A DNA stretch of 64,000 nt from an uncultured Solirubrobacteraceae bacterium. Its GTDB lineage: Bacteria > Actinomycetota > Thermoleophilia > Solirubrobacterales > Solirubrobacteraceae. The notes beneath the pieces are model-generated. The model was not told where the DNA came from, did not search any database, and was given only the letters and a program-made list of their open reading frames with translations. The translations under genes were made by a program, and so were the position numbers. The DNA lies in assembly GCA_963734755.1 (NCBI GenBank), contig CAVTIF010000001.1:244885-308884 (forward strand), in the 5' to 3' direction. Each line of letters begins with the position of its first letter. Position 1 is the stretch's first letter. This document shows, in pieces, positions 19,559-28,773 of the stretch.

Positions 19559-20692
19559 ATGGCGACCGTGGCAGGGGGGTCGGCCTCCCCAGAGAGACCG
19601 ACCCCTCCCGTCGATCCCCAACCCGCCCGGGATTCCTCCAGGCGGGAGGGCAGCAGTCTGCTGGAACGGATCATCGCGCTGCGCGAGGGCAGCATCATCG
19701 TCGTCACGCTGATCGTGGCGATCTACTTCTCGGTCAACACGGGCGCGTTCTTCACGAGTGCGAACTTCAAGACGCTGCTGCCGTATGTCGCGCCGTTCGC
19801 GATCCTCGGCGCTGGCGAGGTGTTCGTGATGATCCTCGGCGAGATCGACCTGTCGATCGGCGGCACGTACCTGCTGGCGCCGTACCTGTTCTACAAAGTG
19901 GCCAGCGGCGGCTTCCCGCTGGTGCCGAGCGTGATCGTGGCGCTGCTGGCGTGCGTGGCCGTCGGCCTGGTCAACGGCTTCTTCACGGCGGTGGTCGGCA
20001 TCAACTCGTTCGTGACGACGCTGGGCATGCTGTTCGTGCTCGAGGGTCTGACGCTGATCCTGTCCAACGGCCAGCCGGTCGCGACACCGGGCGCGCAGGG
20101 ACAGAAAGTCACGCATACGGTCACACACGTCGTCAACGGCGTGCACATCTCGCTACATGAAGTGAGCAGCGAGGTAGGCACGTTCGGAAAGGTGTTCGGG
20201 GCGGGCACGTACTCGGAGATCCTCTGGGCGGTGGCGATCGTGGTCGTGCTGCAGGTGGTCCTTACGTTCACGCGCTGGGGCCTGTACACGGTGGCGGTCG
20301 GGTCGAACAAGCTCGGCGCCTCAGAGGCGGGTGTGCGCGTGCGTCTGGTGACGGTCCGCAATTTCATCTTGTGCGCACTGGCGGGCGGTCTGGTGGGCAT
20401 CCTCGAGGCGGTGCGCTCGGCCACCGTCCAGCCGGACACGGCCGGGGCGAACGAAATCCTGTTCTATGGGATCGCCGCAGCGGTGATCGGCGGCACCCTG
20501 CTCGCGGGCGGCGCGGGCACGGTCGTGGGTGCGCTGATCGGCGCGCTGTTCCTGGGCATCCTCAGGGATGGGCTGATCCTGCAGGGCGTGAGCGCCAACT
20601 ACCTGCTGTTCTACACAGGCTTGGCAATCATCGTGGCGATGTCCGCCAACGTGTACGTGCAGCGTGTAAGGCAGGGGGCACATCGTGGCTGA
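19559..20692 (+). CDS. Sugar ABC transporter permease
   Basis: GEIDLSIG, AVGSNKLGASEAG, IAAAVIGGTLLAGGAGT. Confidence 0.92.
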   Translation: MATVAGGSASPERPTPPVDPQPARDSSRREGSSLLERIIALREGSIIVVTLIVAIYFSVNTGAFFTSANFKTLLPYVAPFAILGAGEVFVMILGEIDLSIGGTYLLAPYLFYKVASGGFPLVPSVIVALLACVAVGLVNGFFTAVVGINSFVTTLGMLFVLEGLTLILSNGQPVATPGAQGQKVTHTVTHVVNGVHISLHEVSSEVGTFGKVFGAGTYSEILWAVAIVVVLQVVLTFTRWGLYTVAVGSNKLGASEAGVRVRLVTVRNFILCALAGGLVGILEAVRSATVQPDTAGANEILFYGIAAAVIGGTLLAGGAGTVVGALIGALFLGILRDGLILQGVSANYLLFYTGLAIIVAMSANVYVQRVRQGAHRG

Positions 20693-21512
20693 CCAGGCAC
20701 CCCCACCGGAGCAGATCGTCGGGCCGACCTCAGCGCCGGACGACGTGCTGCGCGTGGAACACATCTCTAAGCGCTTCGGCCCGGTGACGGCGTTGCGCGA
20801 CGTCAACTTGCACCTGAAAAAGGGCGAGGTGCTCGGTCTGCTCGGTGACAACGGCGCGGGCAAGTCGACGCTGATCAAGATCATCAGCGGCTTTCAGAAG
20901 CAGGACGCCGGGACGATGCTGCTGCACGGGCAGCCGTATGAACCGAAAGGCGTGGACGATGCCCGGGCGAAAGGCATCGACACCGTCTACCAGGACCTGG
21001 CGCTGATCGACGAACTGTCGGTTTACCACAACCTGTTCCTGCGCCGCGAGAAGGTGCACCGGCCGCTGCCGTTCCTGGCCAATCGCGAGATGAAGCTGCA
21101 GGCGCGCAAGGCGTTGGATGAGATCGGGATCAACATCCCGCGCATCGACGTGGCCGTGGCCCGCCTATCTGGCGGGCAGCGCCAGGCGATCGCGGTCGCG
21201 CGGACGGTGAACTCAGAGTCGGACATCATCCTGCTGGACGAGCCGCTGGCGGCGATGGGCGCGAAGGAGGGGTCGATGATCCTCGACCTGGTCGCGCGCC
21301 TGAAGCAGGAGGGGCGGGTCTCGATCATCATGATCCTGCACAACTATGTGCACGTGCTGGAGGCGTGCGACCGGGTGAGCATGATCCAGGACGGCGCGAT
21401 CGCGCTGGACAAGCCGACGGCGGAGACGTCGGTCGAGGAGCTGACGGACATCGTCGTCAACGAGTACCGCAGGGCGCGTATGGAAACCCACGAAACGCCG
21501 GCGTCGGGCTGA
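20685..21512 (+). CDS. Sugar ABC transporter ATP-binding protein
   Basis: Walker A GDNGAGKST, LSGGQRQ, ILLDEP. Confidence 0.93.
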   Translation: MADQAPPPEQIVGPTSAPDDVLRVEHISKRFGPVTALRDVNLHLKKGEVLGLLGDNGAGKSTLIKIISGFQKQDAGTMLLHGQPYEPKGVDDARAKGIDTVYQDLALIDELSVYHNLFLRREKVHRPLPFLANREMKLQARKALDEIGINIPRIDVAVARLSGGQRQAIAVARTVNSESDIILLDEPLAAMGAKEGSMILDLVARLKQEGRVSIIMILHNYVHVLEACDRVSMIQDGAIALDKPTAETSVEELTDIVVNEYRRARMETHETPASG

Positions 21513-21645
21513 TAAGGCGTGCGCTCGCCGCGCCGCAACCCGGCGTGCGGGGCCCGGACGGCTCGCTACACTCGGCCGGTCGACCAAGCCGGTCGGCGGC
21601 AAAGCCGGTCGGGCAACGGTGCAGGCGAGCTCGAGTGAGGTTCAG

Positions 21646-22731
21646 ATGGCCACCTCGTCATCCGAAGGTACGCGTATTTCGCCGCGACGACTGGGGACGC
21701 TGACGATCGTCGCGATCGGCGGCGTGTGTCTCGTGCTCACGCTCGCGCTGGCCGCATATCTGTACGACCATTCGCGGCGGGACGTGATCGCGAACGGGGT
21801 TCGCATCGACGGCGTGGCGGTCGGCGGCCTGCACGCGGCGGCGGCGAAGACGAAGGTCAAACACGACCTGCTCGCGCGCTTGAACCGGCAGGTCACGGTC
21901 CGCTCGGGCTCCCACACGTGGACGCTCGACGCGCGTCAGGCGCATCTGAACGTCGGCGTGGGCAACATGGTCGACCAGGCAGTGAGCGCGAGCCGGCAGG
22001 GCTCGATCGTGACGCGCACCGTGCGCGGCGTGTTCGGCGGCAGTGTGAATCGCAACATCCCGCTGGTCGTCACGTACTCCCACCAGGCCGTGCGCGAGGT
22101 GACCGCGCAGGTACGGGCGGGCGTGAATCGTCCGCCGCGCAACGCGACAGTGCAGCCGGGCGCGAGCGGCCTCGAGCAGGTTCCTGGGCAGCCCGGCCTG
22201 ACGGTCGAAAACGCGTCCCTCGGCGCGCGCGTGGAGGCCGCGCTGGTCGGCGCGACGGCGAGTCGCACTGTGCGCGTCCCGACGCACAGGGTGCAGCCGG
22301 CTGTCACGACGGCGCAGTTGGCGGCGAAGACTCCTGCGTACATCGTGGTCGACCGCAGCGACTTCCGCCTGCGCTTCTACGAGCACCTGAAGCTGGCGAA
22401 AACGTTCGAAATCGCGGTCGGCATGGAAGGGCTGGAAACGCCCCCTGGACTGCACCACATCGAATGGAAGCAGGTCGACCCGCCGTGGTACGTGCCGAAG
22501 AAAGCGTGGGCTGGCTCGCTTGCAGGTACGGTCGTCCCACCCGGCCCGGCCGATCCGCTGAAGGCGCGCTTCATGTCCTTCGAAGGCGGCGCTGGGATCC
22601 ACGGCATCGACCCGAGCGAGTACTCATCGATTGGCCACGACGCTTCACACGGCTGCGTGCGCATGCGCATCCCGGACGTGATCGACCTGTACAGCCACAC
22701 GCCGGTGGGCACGCCCGTCTACATCATCTAA
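21646..22731 (+). CDS. L,D-transpeptidase (YkuD) with peptidoglycan-binding region
   Basis: IAVG...TPPG, GIHG...SHGCVRM. Confidence 0.9.
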   Translation: MATSSSEGTRISPRRLGTLTIVAIGGVCLVLTLALAAYLYDHSRRDVIANGVRIDGVAVGGLHAAAAKTKVKHDLLARLNRQVTVRSGSHTWTLDARQAHLNVGVGNMVDQAVSASRQGSIVTRTVRGVFGGSVNRNIPLVVTYSHQAVREVTAQVRAGVNRPPRNATVQPGASGLEQVPGQPGLTVENASLGARVEAALVGATASRTVRVPTHRVQPAVTTAQLAAKTPAYIVVDRSDFRLRFYEHLKLAKTFEIAVGMEGLETPPGLHHIEWKQVDPPWYVPKKAWAGSLAGTVVPPGPADPLKARFMSFEGGAGIHGIDPSEYSSIGHDASHGCVRMRIPDVIDLYSHTPVGTPVYII

Positions 22732-24204
22732 TAGTGCTTTGGTAGCTTGTTACTCTTGTTGTGGTGGCCAGTGGAGGGGTAGTTCGTCGAGGTCGATTGT
22801 TTGTTGGCAGGTGGTGCATTGGCCGGTCCAGCACTTGAAGATTGGCTGGAGCAGGAGGACTGCCTGGGGGAGGCTCAGGCCGGCCGCGGGTGATTTGGGT
22901 TCTGCCGCTCCAGGGTCAGGAACCCGTGAGCGGCGGTGACAAGCGCGGTGTGGTGGTACCAGCCGAGATAGGAGCGGCCCTCGTAATGGTCGAGGCCGAG
23001 TTCGCCCTTGAGCTGTTTGTAGTCCAGCTCGATCTTCCAGCGCAGGCGGGCCAGCCGCGCGAGCTGCTCGGGATCGCTGTCGGCGGGGAGGTTTGAGATC
23101 CAGTAGTCGCCCGGCTTCTCGTGGCCCTCGGGCCACTCGGCGATCAGCCACTCTTCTCGGGGTGGCCACGGCGTTCGCTTCTCGGCGCGGTTGGACGCGC
23201 GCACGCGCACGAAGCAGAAGCGCGAGGTGACCGGCTGCTCCTCTGGCCCGTCGCGGAACGGCACGGTCTGGAACTGCTCGCTGGGGAGGCCGACGATCAG
23301 CTGGGCTATCGCCACTGGCTCGCGGTCGGGACGTGGCCGGCTGCGCGGGCGGCCTGTGTCACCCTGGCGCTGCGGGACCGTGAAAGTCGTCTCGGGTGTG
23401 AACACCTTCGTCTCGGCGCCGACGGAAAGCACATACTCGAGCTCGGCGTGATGCAGGCGCTCGCGCAGCACGGTGTTATCACCGTAGGCTTGGTCGCCGA
23501 GCACCGGCGCCCTGGGCACATCCCAGCCGGCGGCACGCTCTATCAGATCCACCCCCAGCTCGGGCTTGGTCTGAAACCCAACCTCGGCGGGGATTTTCGC
23601 TCGCCGGCGACCCTCGGGGTCCTCACACCACTCCTCGGGCAGATATAGCGCCCACCCCAACGGCACCGTCCCCTGCTCGCCGACGGCGTGCACGGAGACA
23701 CCGATCTGGCAGTTGCCGATCTTTCCCAGCGTCCCGGAGTACTGGCGCTTGACCCCCGGCGAGTGCTTGCCGTCCTTGGGGAATCCCGTGTCGTCCAACA
23801 CCCACGCCTGCACGTCGATCTGCGGCGCGACCCGCTCGGCCACGGCGCGCACCACCAGCGCCGGATCCCACGTGCTCACCGCCAAGAAATTCTGCAAGCT
23901 CTCATAGTCAGCCTCGCCGCCCAGCCGCGCGACCATCGGCTCAAGCGACTTCCGCGGCCCCTGCTCAATCAAACCCCGCAGATACACCCCGCCATTCACC
24001 AGCTGCACCGGCCGGTTCACCGCCTCGCCCAACACCTCGACACCGAACACCTCCAGCCGCTCACGAACCGCCGAGGGACTATCCACCTCCGAGGAGCCAG
24101 CCACCACCACAGCCACCATCATGACCTCCCGCGTCGAACTCCTCTCCGCCAGAAGAGTTCGCCACAACCACCACAACCCCTACCAAACAGCTACCAAAGC
24201 ACTA
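22732..24204 (-). mobile_element. Complete IS701-family insertion sequence, 1473 bp
   Basis: Perfect 16-bp IRs TAGTGCTTTGGTAGCT (22732-22747 and 24189-24204); 4-bp target duplication CTAA (22728-22731 and 24205-24208). Confidence 0.95.
22875..24176 (-). CDS. IS701-family DDE transposase (true start probably downstream of 24176)
   Basis: WVLDDTGFPKDGKHSPGVKRQYSGTLGKIGNCQ, DQAYG, RWKIELDYKQLKGELGLDHYEGR. Confidence 0.93.
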   Translation of the reverse strand: MWWLWRTLLAERSSTREVMMVAVVVAGSSEVDSPSAVRERLEVFGVEVLGEAVNRPVQLVNGGVYLRGLIEQGPRKSLEPMVARLGGEADYESLQNFLAVSTWDPALVVRAVAERVAPQIDVQAWVLDDTGFPKDGKHSPGVKRQYSGTLGKIGNCQIGVSVHAVGEQGTVPLGWALYLPEEWCEDPEGRRRAKIPAEVGFQTKPELGVDLIERAAGWDVPRAPVLGDQAYGDNTVLRERLHHAELEYVLSVGAETKVFTPETTFTVPQRQGDTGRPRSRPRPDREPVAIAQLIVGLPSEQFQTVPFRDGPEEQPVTSRFCFVRVRASNRAEKRTPWPPREEWLIAEWPEGHEKPGDYWISNLPADSDPEQLARLARLRWKIELDYKQLKGELGLDHYEGRSYLGWYHHTALVTAAHGFLTLERQNPNHPRPA

Positions 24205-24259
24205 CTAAGTGGCTGCGCCCAAAGGCGAGCCGCCCCGCGAGAGGCGATCCGGCGCGCCG

Positions 24260-24430
24260 TCAGGCTGACGGTGGGCGGCGGGACTCCAGATACGCGTGGT
24301 TCTGCCGGCGCTCGCCGCGGATCTGGATCGCGACGTAGATCAGGATCACGTTGACGATCACGCCGATCCCCCCGAAGGTGACGATCAGCCCGATGGTCTT
24401 GACTACCGCTTCGTCGGCCGCGATGAGCAC
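24260..24430 (-). CDS. Small membrane protein
   Basis: One long hydrophobic helix followed by a basic tail. Confidence 0.55.
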   Translation of the reverse strand: MLIAADEAVVKTIGLIVTFGGIGVIVNVILIYVAIQIRGERRQNHAYLESRRPPSA

Positions 24431-24516
24431 GACCGAGAGCCTAGCAACGCGTCGCGTGTCGGTGTCGTAGGCTAGGGCGAACCGCCGTCGATCGCCAGAC
24501 TGACGGACAAGCACCC

Positions 24517-24605
24517 GGAGAGGTGCCGGAGCGGTTGAACGGGCGCGACTGGAAATCGCGTAGCGGGGGAAACCTCGCTCGAGGGTTCGAATCCCTCCCT
24601 CTCCG
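24517..24605 (+). tRNA. tRNA-Ser (anticodon GGA), CCA not encoded
   Basis: Acceptor stem GGAGAGG/CCTCTCC, anticodon loop CT-GGA-AA, long variable arm, GGTTCGAATCC. Confidence 0.95.
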
Positions 24606-24642
24606 TCCACCATCTCACGAAGATCGACGCAGCAAACTGGAG

Positions 24643-25104
24643 TTAGCCGGACGTCGGGAAGCGTCGTCCCTCATCGCCGGTCCACAGTCCACGGCGCTTG
24701 ATCTCTGGCACGAGATAATCGTCGTACATGCGGTAGTGGATGTCGCGGAGGCGTAGAGCCGACTCGGGCTGAGTCATGACGTTGAACATGCGCGCCTCGA
24801 CGTAGCGATCCTTGCGGGCCGTGTGGAAGACGGTGTGGCGGAGTTCGCGCAGGCTGTTGTACAGGCTGGCGTCGAGGGAATCGAGTTCGGACAGGTCGAC
24901 CCCTTTTTCTTTGCAACCCTCAATCACGGAGAACAGCAGTCCGTACCAGAGGTAGAGATAGATGCCGAACGGTTCGACCGTGATGTGCAGCAGTTGATCT
25001 TCGGGCACCGTTAATGCTTCAGCCATAGCTTCGTCGGCCCGCTCGCGCAGCAAGTCGGCACGCATCCATTGGCGGTGCAGCACGCCCAGGGTTTCGAGGC
25101 TCAA
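24643..25104 (-). CDS. Hypothetical helical protein with HEPN-like Rx4H motif
   Basis: LRELRHTVFH (R-HTVF-H) late in an all-helical 153-aa ORF. Confidence 0.55.
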   Translation of the reverse strand: MSLETLGVLHRQWMRADLLRERADEAMAEALTVPEDQLLHITVEPFGIYLYLWYGLLFSVIEGCKEKGVDLSELDSLDASLYNSLRELRHTVFHTARKDRYVEARMFNVMTQPESALRLRDIHYRMYDDYLVPEIKRRGLWTGDEGRRFPTSG

Positions 25105-25338
25105 GCCGCTGAGAGGAATGTGCGTCGCCTTTTCGGTTGCCTAGCGGGCCGGGAGATCAGAGAATCCCAGTTCAGCGGTAGTCGTGGATGAGCGGTCGAT
25201 CCCATGTGCGGTGGCATGTCCGCCGAGCGCTGTATAGACGCCGTTCCTAGCGACGCGCTCGAAGCCAGCGGCCAGTGCAAAGCCCCTGGAGGACCGAGGC
25301 GAACCGATCGTCGTGAGACACGCGGTATCTTGTCCGTG

Positions 25339-25559
25339 ATGGCTGAGCAGCTTGATCTGACGATAGTCTAGAGTCGGGTGAGGAAGGCTGGATCGTCGCA
25401 TCGATCCCCGAGGTAGCTGGGGTCTTCAGCCAGGGTCAGACGCGCGAGGAAGCGCGCGCAAACGTCATCGACGCGTTGCGGCTCATGCTCTCTCCCGAGC
25501 CCAGCGGCGCGGACGATCAACGCGAGCGTGAAGCGCTGCACCTGACGATCGCTGCATAA
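25339..25559 (+). pseudogene. hicB: HicB-family antitoxin with a 1-nt deletion near 25370
   Basis: Restored frame reads MAEQLDLTIV(Y)ESGEEGWIVASIPEVAGVFSQGQTREEARANVIDAL; absent from the ORF track. Confidence 0.8.
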
Positions 25560-25750
25560 AGCGGCGCGATTTGGAGCGCCACCTGCGCGCTCATGGGCGC
25601 CGGCAGGTCGATGAGGGCGGCAACCACGCGCGATGGGCCGGCCCGCAGGGCGAGCGATCGGTGGTTCCACGGCACCGCGAGATCGATTTCGGACTGGCGC
25701 GCAAGATCTGCCGCCAACTCCAGGTTCCGCCGCCAGGCGGCGCACGTTGA
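25556..25750 (+). pseudogene. hicA: HicA-family toxin whose start codon reads ATA
   Basis: (I)KRRDLERHLRAHG...EGGNHARW...VVPRHREIDFGLARKICRQL. Confidence 0.8.
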
Positions 25751-25810
25751 CATGCTCAACCAAAGCGCTGAGCGTGTAGCCCCCTGATGTGCTCCCAGGC
25801 AGGGTCATGT

Positions 25811-25836
25811 TTCGAGAGTCGTCCCTCCCACCCCGT
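25811..25836 (+). repeat. att-like copy A of the tRNA-Ser 3' end
   Basis: TTCGA-GAGTC-G-TCCC-TCCCACC-CCGT; last 15 nt match the tRNA 13/15. Confidence 0.75.
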
Positions 25837-25884
25837 TTTGATCGAAGTGCGAACCCTGGCCGCATCGAGGGCGAGCGGCGCTGG

Positions 25885-26337
25885 TCAGGCGGGGACGTCC
25901 ACGGCGATGTTCGTGCGGCGGGTTAGGCCGACGAGCAGGTTGATGTCGTTTGGGTCGCCGGTGATGATGGTCACCGCGCAGATGCGGCTGCGTTCCTCAG
26001 CGATCGCCACGACCTGTGCATCGGTCGTCGAGATGTCGTGGCGCGAGAGCGCAAGGGCCTCGGTCCGCAGTACGCCGGCCCGCGTGGCGGCCTCGACGGT
26101 CAGCGGCGCGTAGACATCGTGCTCTGCGCCGATGGCCTTGATCAGGCGATCGACGAGTGCATCGGAGCGCCGCTGGCCAGATCGCACCTCAGTAAGAACG
26201 GGAATCGGAATCAGGAGCGCTCCATTGATACGCAGTTTGAACAGTTCGAGATACGCAACGAGCAGATCTCGGTTGGCGGCCAGCGCGCTGACGCCGCCGC
26301 TGTCGAGCAGGAAGTCGCGGCGAGGACGGTTGGTCAC
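25885..26337 (-). CDS. PIN-domain (VapC-like) toxin
   Basis: LLDSG, VLTEV, TTDAQVVAIA, ITGD. Confidence 0.8.
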   Translation of the reverse strand: MTNRPRRDFLLDSGGVSALAANRDLLVAYLELFKLRINGALLIPIPVLTEVRSGQRRSDALVDRLIKAIGAEHDVYAPLTVEAATRAGVLRTEALALSRHDISTTDAQVVAIAEERSRICAVTIITGDPNDINLLVGLTRRTNIAVDVPA

Positions 26338-26516
26338 TCAGGCCAGGCGTCCGAGCGGCGCTGAAGCTCCGGCAGGTGCTTCGAGCCATCGGCACCCTCA
26401 GCGACGAGTTCGTCGCGCAGTTGCTGGAGGCGAGCACGCTGCGCGTCGCGGAGCTTGGGATCATCCACTGGCTGCGGCTCGACATGCGTTGTGATGGCGG
26501 CCTCCATTGAGTTCAT
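26334..26516 (-). CDS. Probable antitoxin
   Basis: 60-aa ORF coupled (GTGA overlap) upstream of the PIN gene. Confidence 0.6.
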   Translation of the reverse strand: MNSMEAAITTHVEPQPVDDPKLRDAQRARLQQLRDELVAEGADGSKHLPELQRRSDAWPE

Positions 26517-26697
26517 TGTATCCAGGGTCTCGGTAGTTGGATTGGCGTTCTTGACTGACGCACAAGGCTACGCACACAGTCACGGAGCAGCGGGTTGGCG
26601 GTCTGCTTGACGGATCGCAGCGACTGCTCGCCGCCGCGCCTCTCGCCCGACGGGCTCCATCAACTCCTCCAGTAGCCGATCCAAGGCGACGACGTGG

Positions 26698-26723
26698 TTC
26701 GCAGGTCGTCCCGGCTTCCCCGT
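26698..26723 (+). repeat. att-like copy B
   Basis: TTCGC-AGGTC-G-TCCC-N7-CCGT, preceded by a ~110-bp segment homologous to those at C and E. Confidence 0.75.
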
Positions 26724-26761
26724 GCCTCAGGTTGCGCCTTCTTAGGGAAAAGCGCGGCCTG

Positions 26762-26779
26762 CTTTACGATATAGTAAAG
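26762..26779. promoter_or_regulatory. Palindromic operator upstream of the AbrB-VapC pair
   Basis: CTTTAC-N6-GTAAAG ending 3 nt before the start. Confidence 0.55.
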
Positions 26780-26781
26780 GC

Positions 26782-27000
26782 GTGCCGCGAATCTCTAGCA
26801 AGCATCAGGTCACGCTGCCGGTGGCAGCACTAGAGCGTGCGGGGCTCAAGGACGGCGACGAGGTCGCGATCGAAGCGGAGGGAGTGGACCGTATCGTGGT
26901 TCGTCGGATCGACAAGGACGTCAAAGCTGCCTTGGGTGTGTTCGACGGCTTGTATGAGGCGGGATACCTGGAGCGATTGCGCTCCGGGGAGCGGGCGTGA
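26782..27000 (+). CDS. vapB: AbrB/MazE-family antitoxin (VapB-like)
   Basis: ISSKHQVTLPVAALERAGLKDGDEV. Confidence 0.85.
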   Translation: MPRISSKHQVTLPVAALERAGLKDGDEVAIEAEGVDRIVVRRIDKDVKAALGVFDGLYEAGYLERLRSGERA

Positions 27001-27401
27001 GCGGCTGCGTTCTCGACACCGATGTGGTGATCGCAGCGTTGGACCGCAAGGACTTCCACCATGCTGATGCGGCTGAGGCCGTGACAGCGATGATCGAGGA
27101 AGGTACGACGCTGCTGCTCTCGCTGATCAACTATGCGGAGACGCTAGTCAAGCCGGCCGAGGATGAGACTGCCATGCGGGCCGCACTGGATGCGGTGAGC
27201 GCTCTAGGAATAGAGCTGATTGCTCCCACGCCTGCTATTGCCCGCGACGCTGCACGGCACCGGGCTCTGAACATCAGCCTCGCGGACGGGTTTGCGATCG
27301 CAACAGCGCAGGCGCGGCACGCCAACCTGGCCACATTCGATCGTCGTGTTCGACGGGCTTTGCTGAAGGTGGGGGTGGAGCTTGCGTCACAGATGACTTG
27401 A
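26997..27401 (+). CDS. vapC: VapC/PIN toxin
   Basis: VLDTDVVIA, YAETL, SLADGFAIA, ATFD. Confidence 0.88.
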   Translation: MSGCVLDTDVVIAALDRKDFHHADAAEAVTAMIEEGTTLLLSLINYAETLVKPAEDETAMRAALDAVSALGIELIAPTPAIARDAARHRALNISLADGFAIATAQARHANLATFDRRVRRALLKVGVELASQMT

Positions 27402-27525
27402 GCCAACAATCTGATTGGGAGTTGCCACTGGCAATCCGGAGATCGCTTTGGCTGCTCGCTCGCGCGCCCTCCGCCCCGCAGGCTCCGTCAGAAGCCCGAG
27501 CAGCCGCTCCAGGTTGGCGCCGGGG

Positions 27526-27551
27526 TTCGCAGGTCGTCCCGATCTCCCCGT
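27526..27551 (+). repeat. att-like copy C
   Basis: TTCGC-AGGTC-G-TCCC-GATCTCC-CCGT. Confidence 0.75.
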
Positions 27552-27659
27552 TTTCGCCTGGGAGACCCTGCGCGAGTTCCGAAAGGTGCCCTACGAAAGC
27601 GTGCCCTGCTCTGGGTCGTCCATCTCTTGTGCAGCCGCCGTATCAGAGGCCAGGGATAT

Positions 27660-27685
27660 TTCGAGGGTCGTCCCGCGATCCCCGT
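27660..27685 (+). repeat. att-like copy D (134 bp after C, leaving an empty unit)
   Basis: TTCGA-GGGTC-G-TCCC-GCGATCC-CCGT. Confidence 0.75.
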
Positions 27686-27746
27686 TTTCGCCGGGGTTGA
27701 GGTCTTTGTTCGAACCGTGCCGCGACACGTGGCATATGCTTTCCGT

Positions 27747-27956
27747 GTGGCGATCAGCGAGGAACGTCGTCGGCTTGCTCGAGAAAGCGAGCAGCGGCTC
27801 GCAGCGACGGCACCCGAGACCAGTCGTGGTGCTGCGGCCTTGCTTCGGGAAGTGATGCCGCGGTTGTCGGGCGAGCGTCAACGCCAGCTCGCCGAGGAGA
27901 TGGCGCGTCGCTTCGAGTCGCGCGCCGATGCGCATTCGCGGCCTTCATCCGTCTGA
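27747..27956 (+). CDS. Small hypothetical protein
   Basis: Helical 69-aa ORF from GTG. Confidence 0.4.
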   Translation: MAISEERRRLARESEQRLAATAPETSRGAAALLREVMPRLSGERQRQLAEEMARRFESRADAHSRPSSV

Positions 27957-28226
27957 TCGTCCCTGGTCTCTCTCCCGGCGTGCTCGGTCTCTCAGCGCTG
28001 CGAGCTGGGACAGGGTCTCATCGAGCGCTGCACCGGCGTCTTGGTGGCCACTTGCGGTCAACACCCCGAGTGCCTCGGCCTCGCTGAGTATCTCGATTGC
28101 GGCGATCGTGTAGACGATCTGCACGTACGCGAGGTCAGCGCCTGCTTGCAGCAATTCTCTCGCCAGCCTCACGACCTCTTCGGTCAGGTCGCGAGCGAGC
28201 CGCATGGTCTCATCTGGATAGCTCAT
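27945..28226 (-). CDS. Small hypothetical protein
   Basis: 93-aa helical ORF with an RBS-like GAGG upstream. Confidence 0.55.
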   Translation of the reverse strand: MSYPDETMRLARDLTEEVVRLARELLQAGADLAYVQIVYTIAAIEILSEAEALGVLTASGHQDAGAALDETLSQLAALRDRARRERDQGRSDG

Positions 28227-28702
28227 CGATCAAGCATCCTCAGAGCCCCGGTTGTTTTTGATCAGCCGATCGTTTGTTTCGTGGGATTGAGTTCGACGCC
28301 GATCGGATGAGCTTAAGGCAGCCGCTCGTTTCGTCTGTGCGTCGATGTGGCGAGTTCCTGGGCTTTGTTGCTTTGGATTGCTGACGATCCGAGGGTGCCC
28401 ATCCACGCCCACTACATCCCGCGATTGCGGTCAGCAACAACGGAAGGACGGCTCGCCAAAGGGCGCGAGAAGATCTTTTTGTCGTCGGGCATGTCCAGGG
28501 CGCCTAGTCCGTAGCCGATATCGACAGGCTCGCCCACCAGCCTTATGTCAATAACCAGCTAATGCCGAATCTAATGGCAGGACTCTTGGCTAGCCCCAAC
28601 GGCTGTTGAAAACTCCGCCTCAGTCGCCACGAATGATTCTCGGCGACTGTCCTCCAGCCGGACCGCTCCTCATGGAGCTGACGGATCAGAGGCCACGGAG
28701 AT

Positions 28703-28728
28703 TTCGAGGACTTTCCCGCCATCTGCGT
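28703..28728 (+). repeat. att-like copy F (degenerate)
   Basis: TTCGA-N5-T-TCCC-N7-GCGT; the upstream ~36 bp closely match those before copy D. Confidence 0.65.
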
Positions 28729-28773
28729 GCCACTCGACATCAAAGCCGTTTGTCGCTTCACGCCTTGTCAAGC

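Noticed and set aside
21574-21613. Three GCCGGTCG repeats upstream of the L,D-transpeptidase
   Set aside because: Short, GC-rich and irregularly spaced; not distinguishable from background.
24431-24613. N-terminal extension of ORF 24260..24613
   Set aside because: It is mostly the antisense reading of tRNA-Ser and its promoter region; the real start is more likely GTG 24430.
27402-27518. GCCAAC...GTTGGC after the vapC stop as an integron attC site
   Set aside because: The box pair is not present at most cassette ends, no L boxes or extrahelical-base pattern are evident, and there is no integron integrase; the tRNA-3'-end model explains more copies.
28601-28616. GGCTGTTGAAAACTCC resembling an IS1182/IS5-type end
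   Set aside because: No partner inverted repeat or transposase remnant was found nearby.
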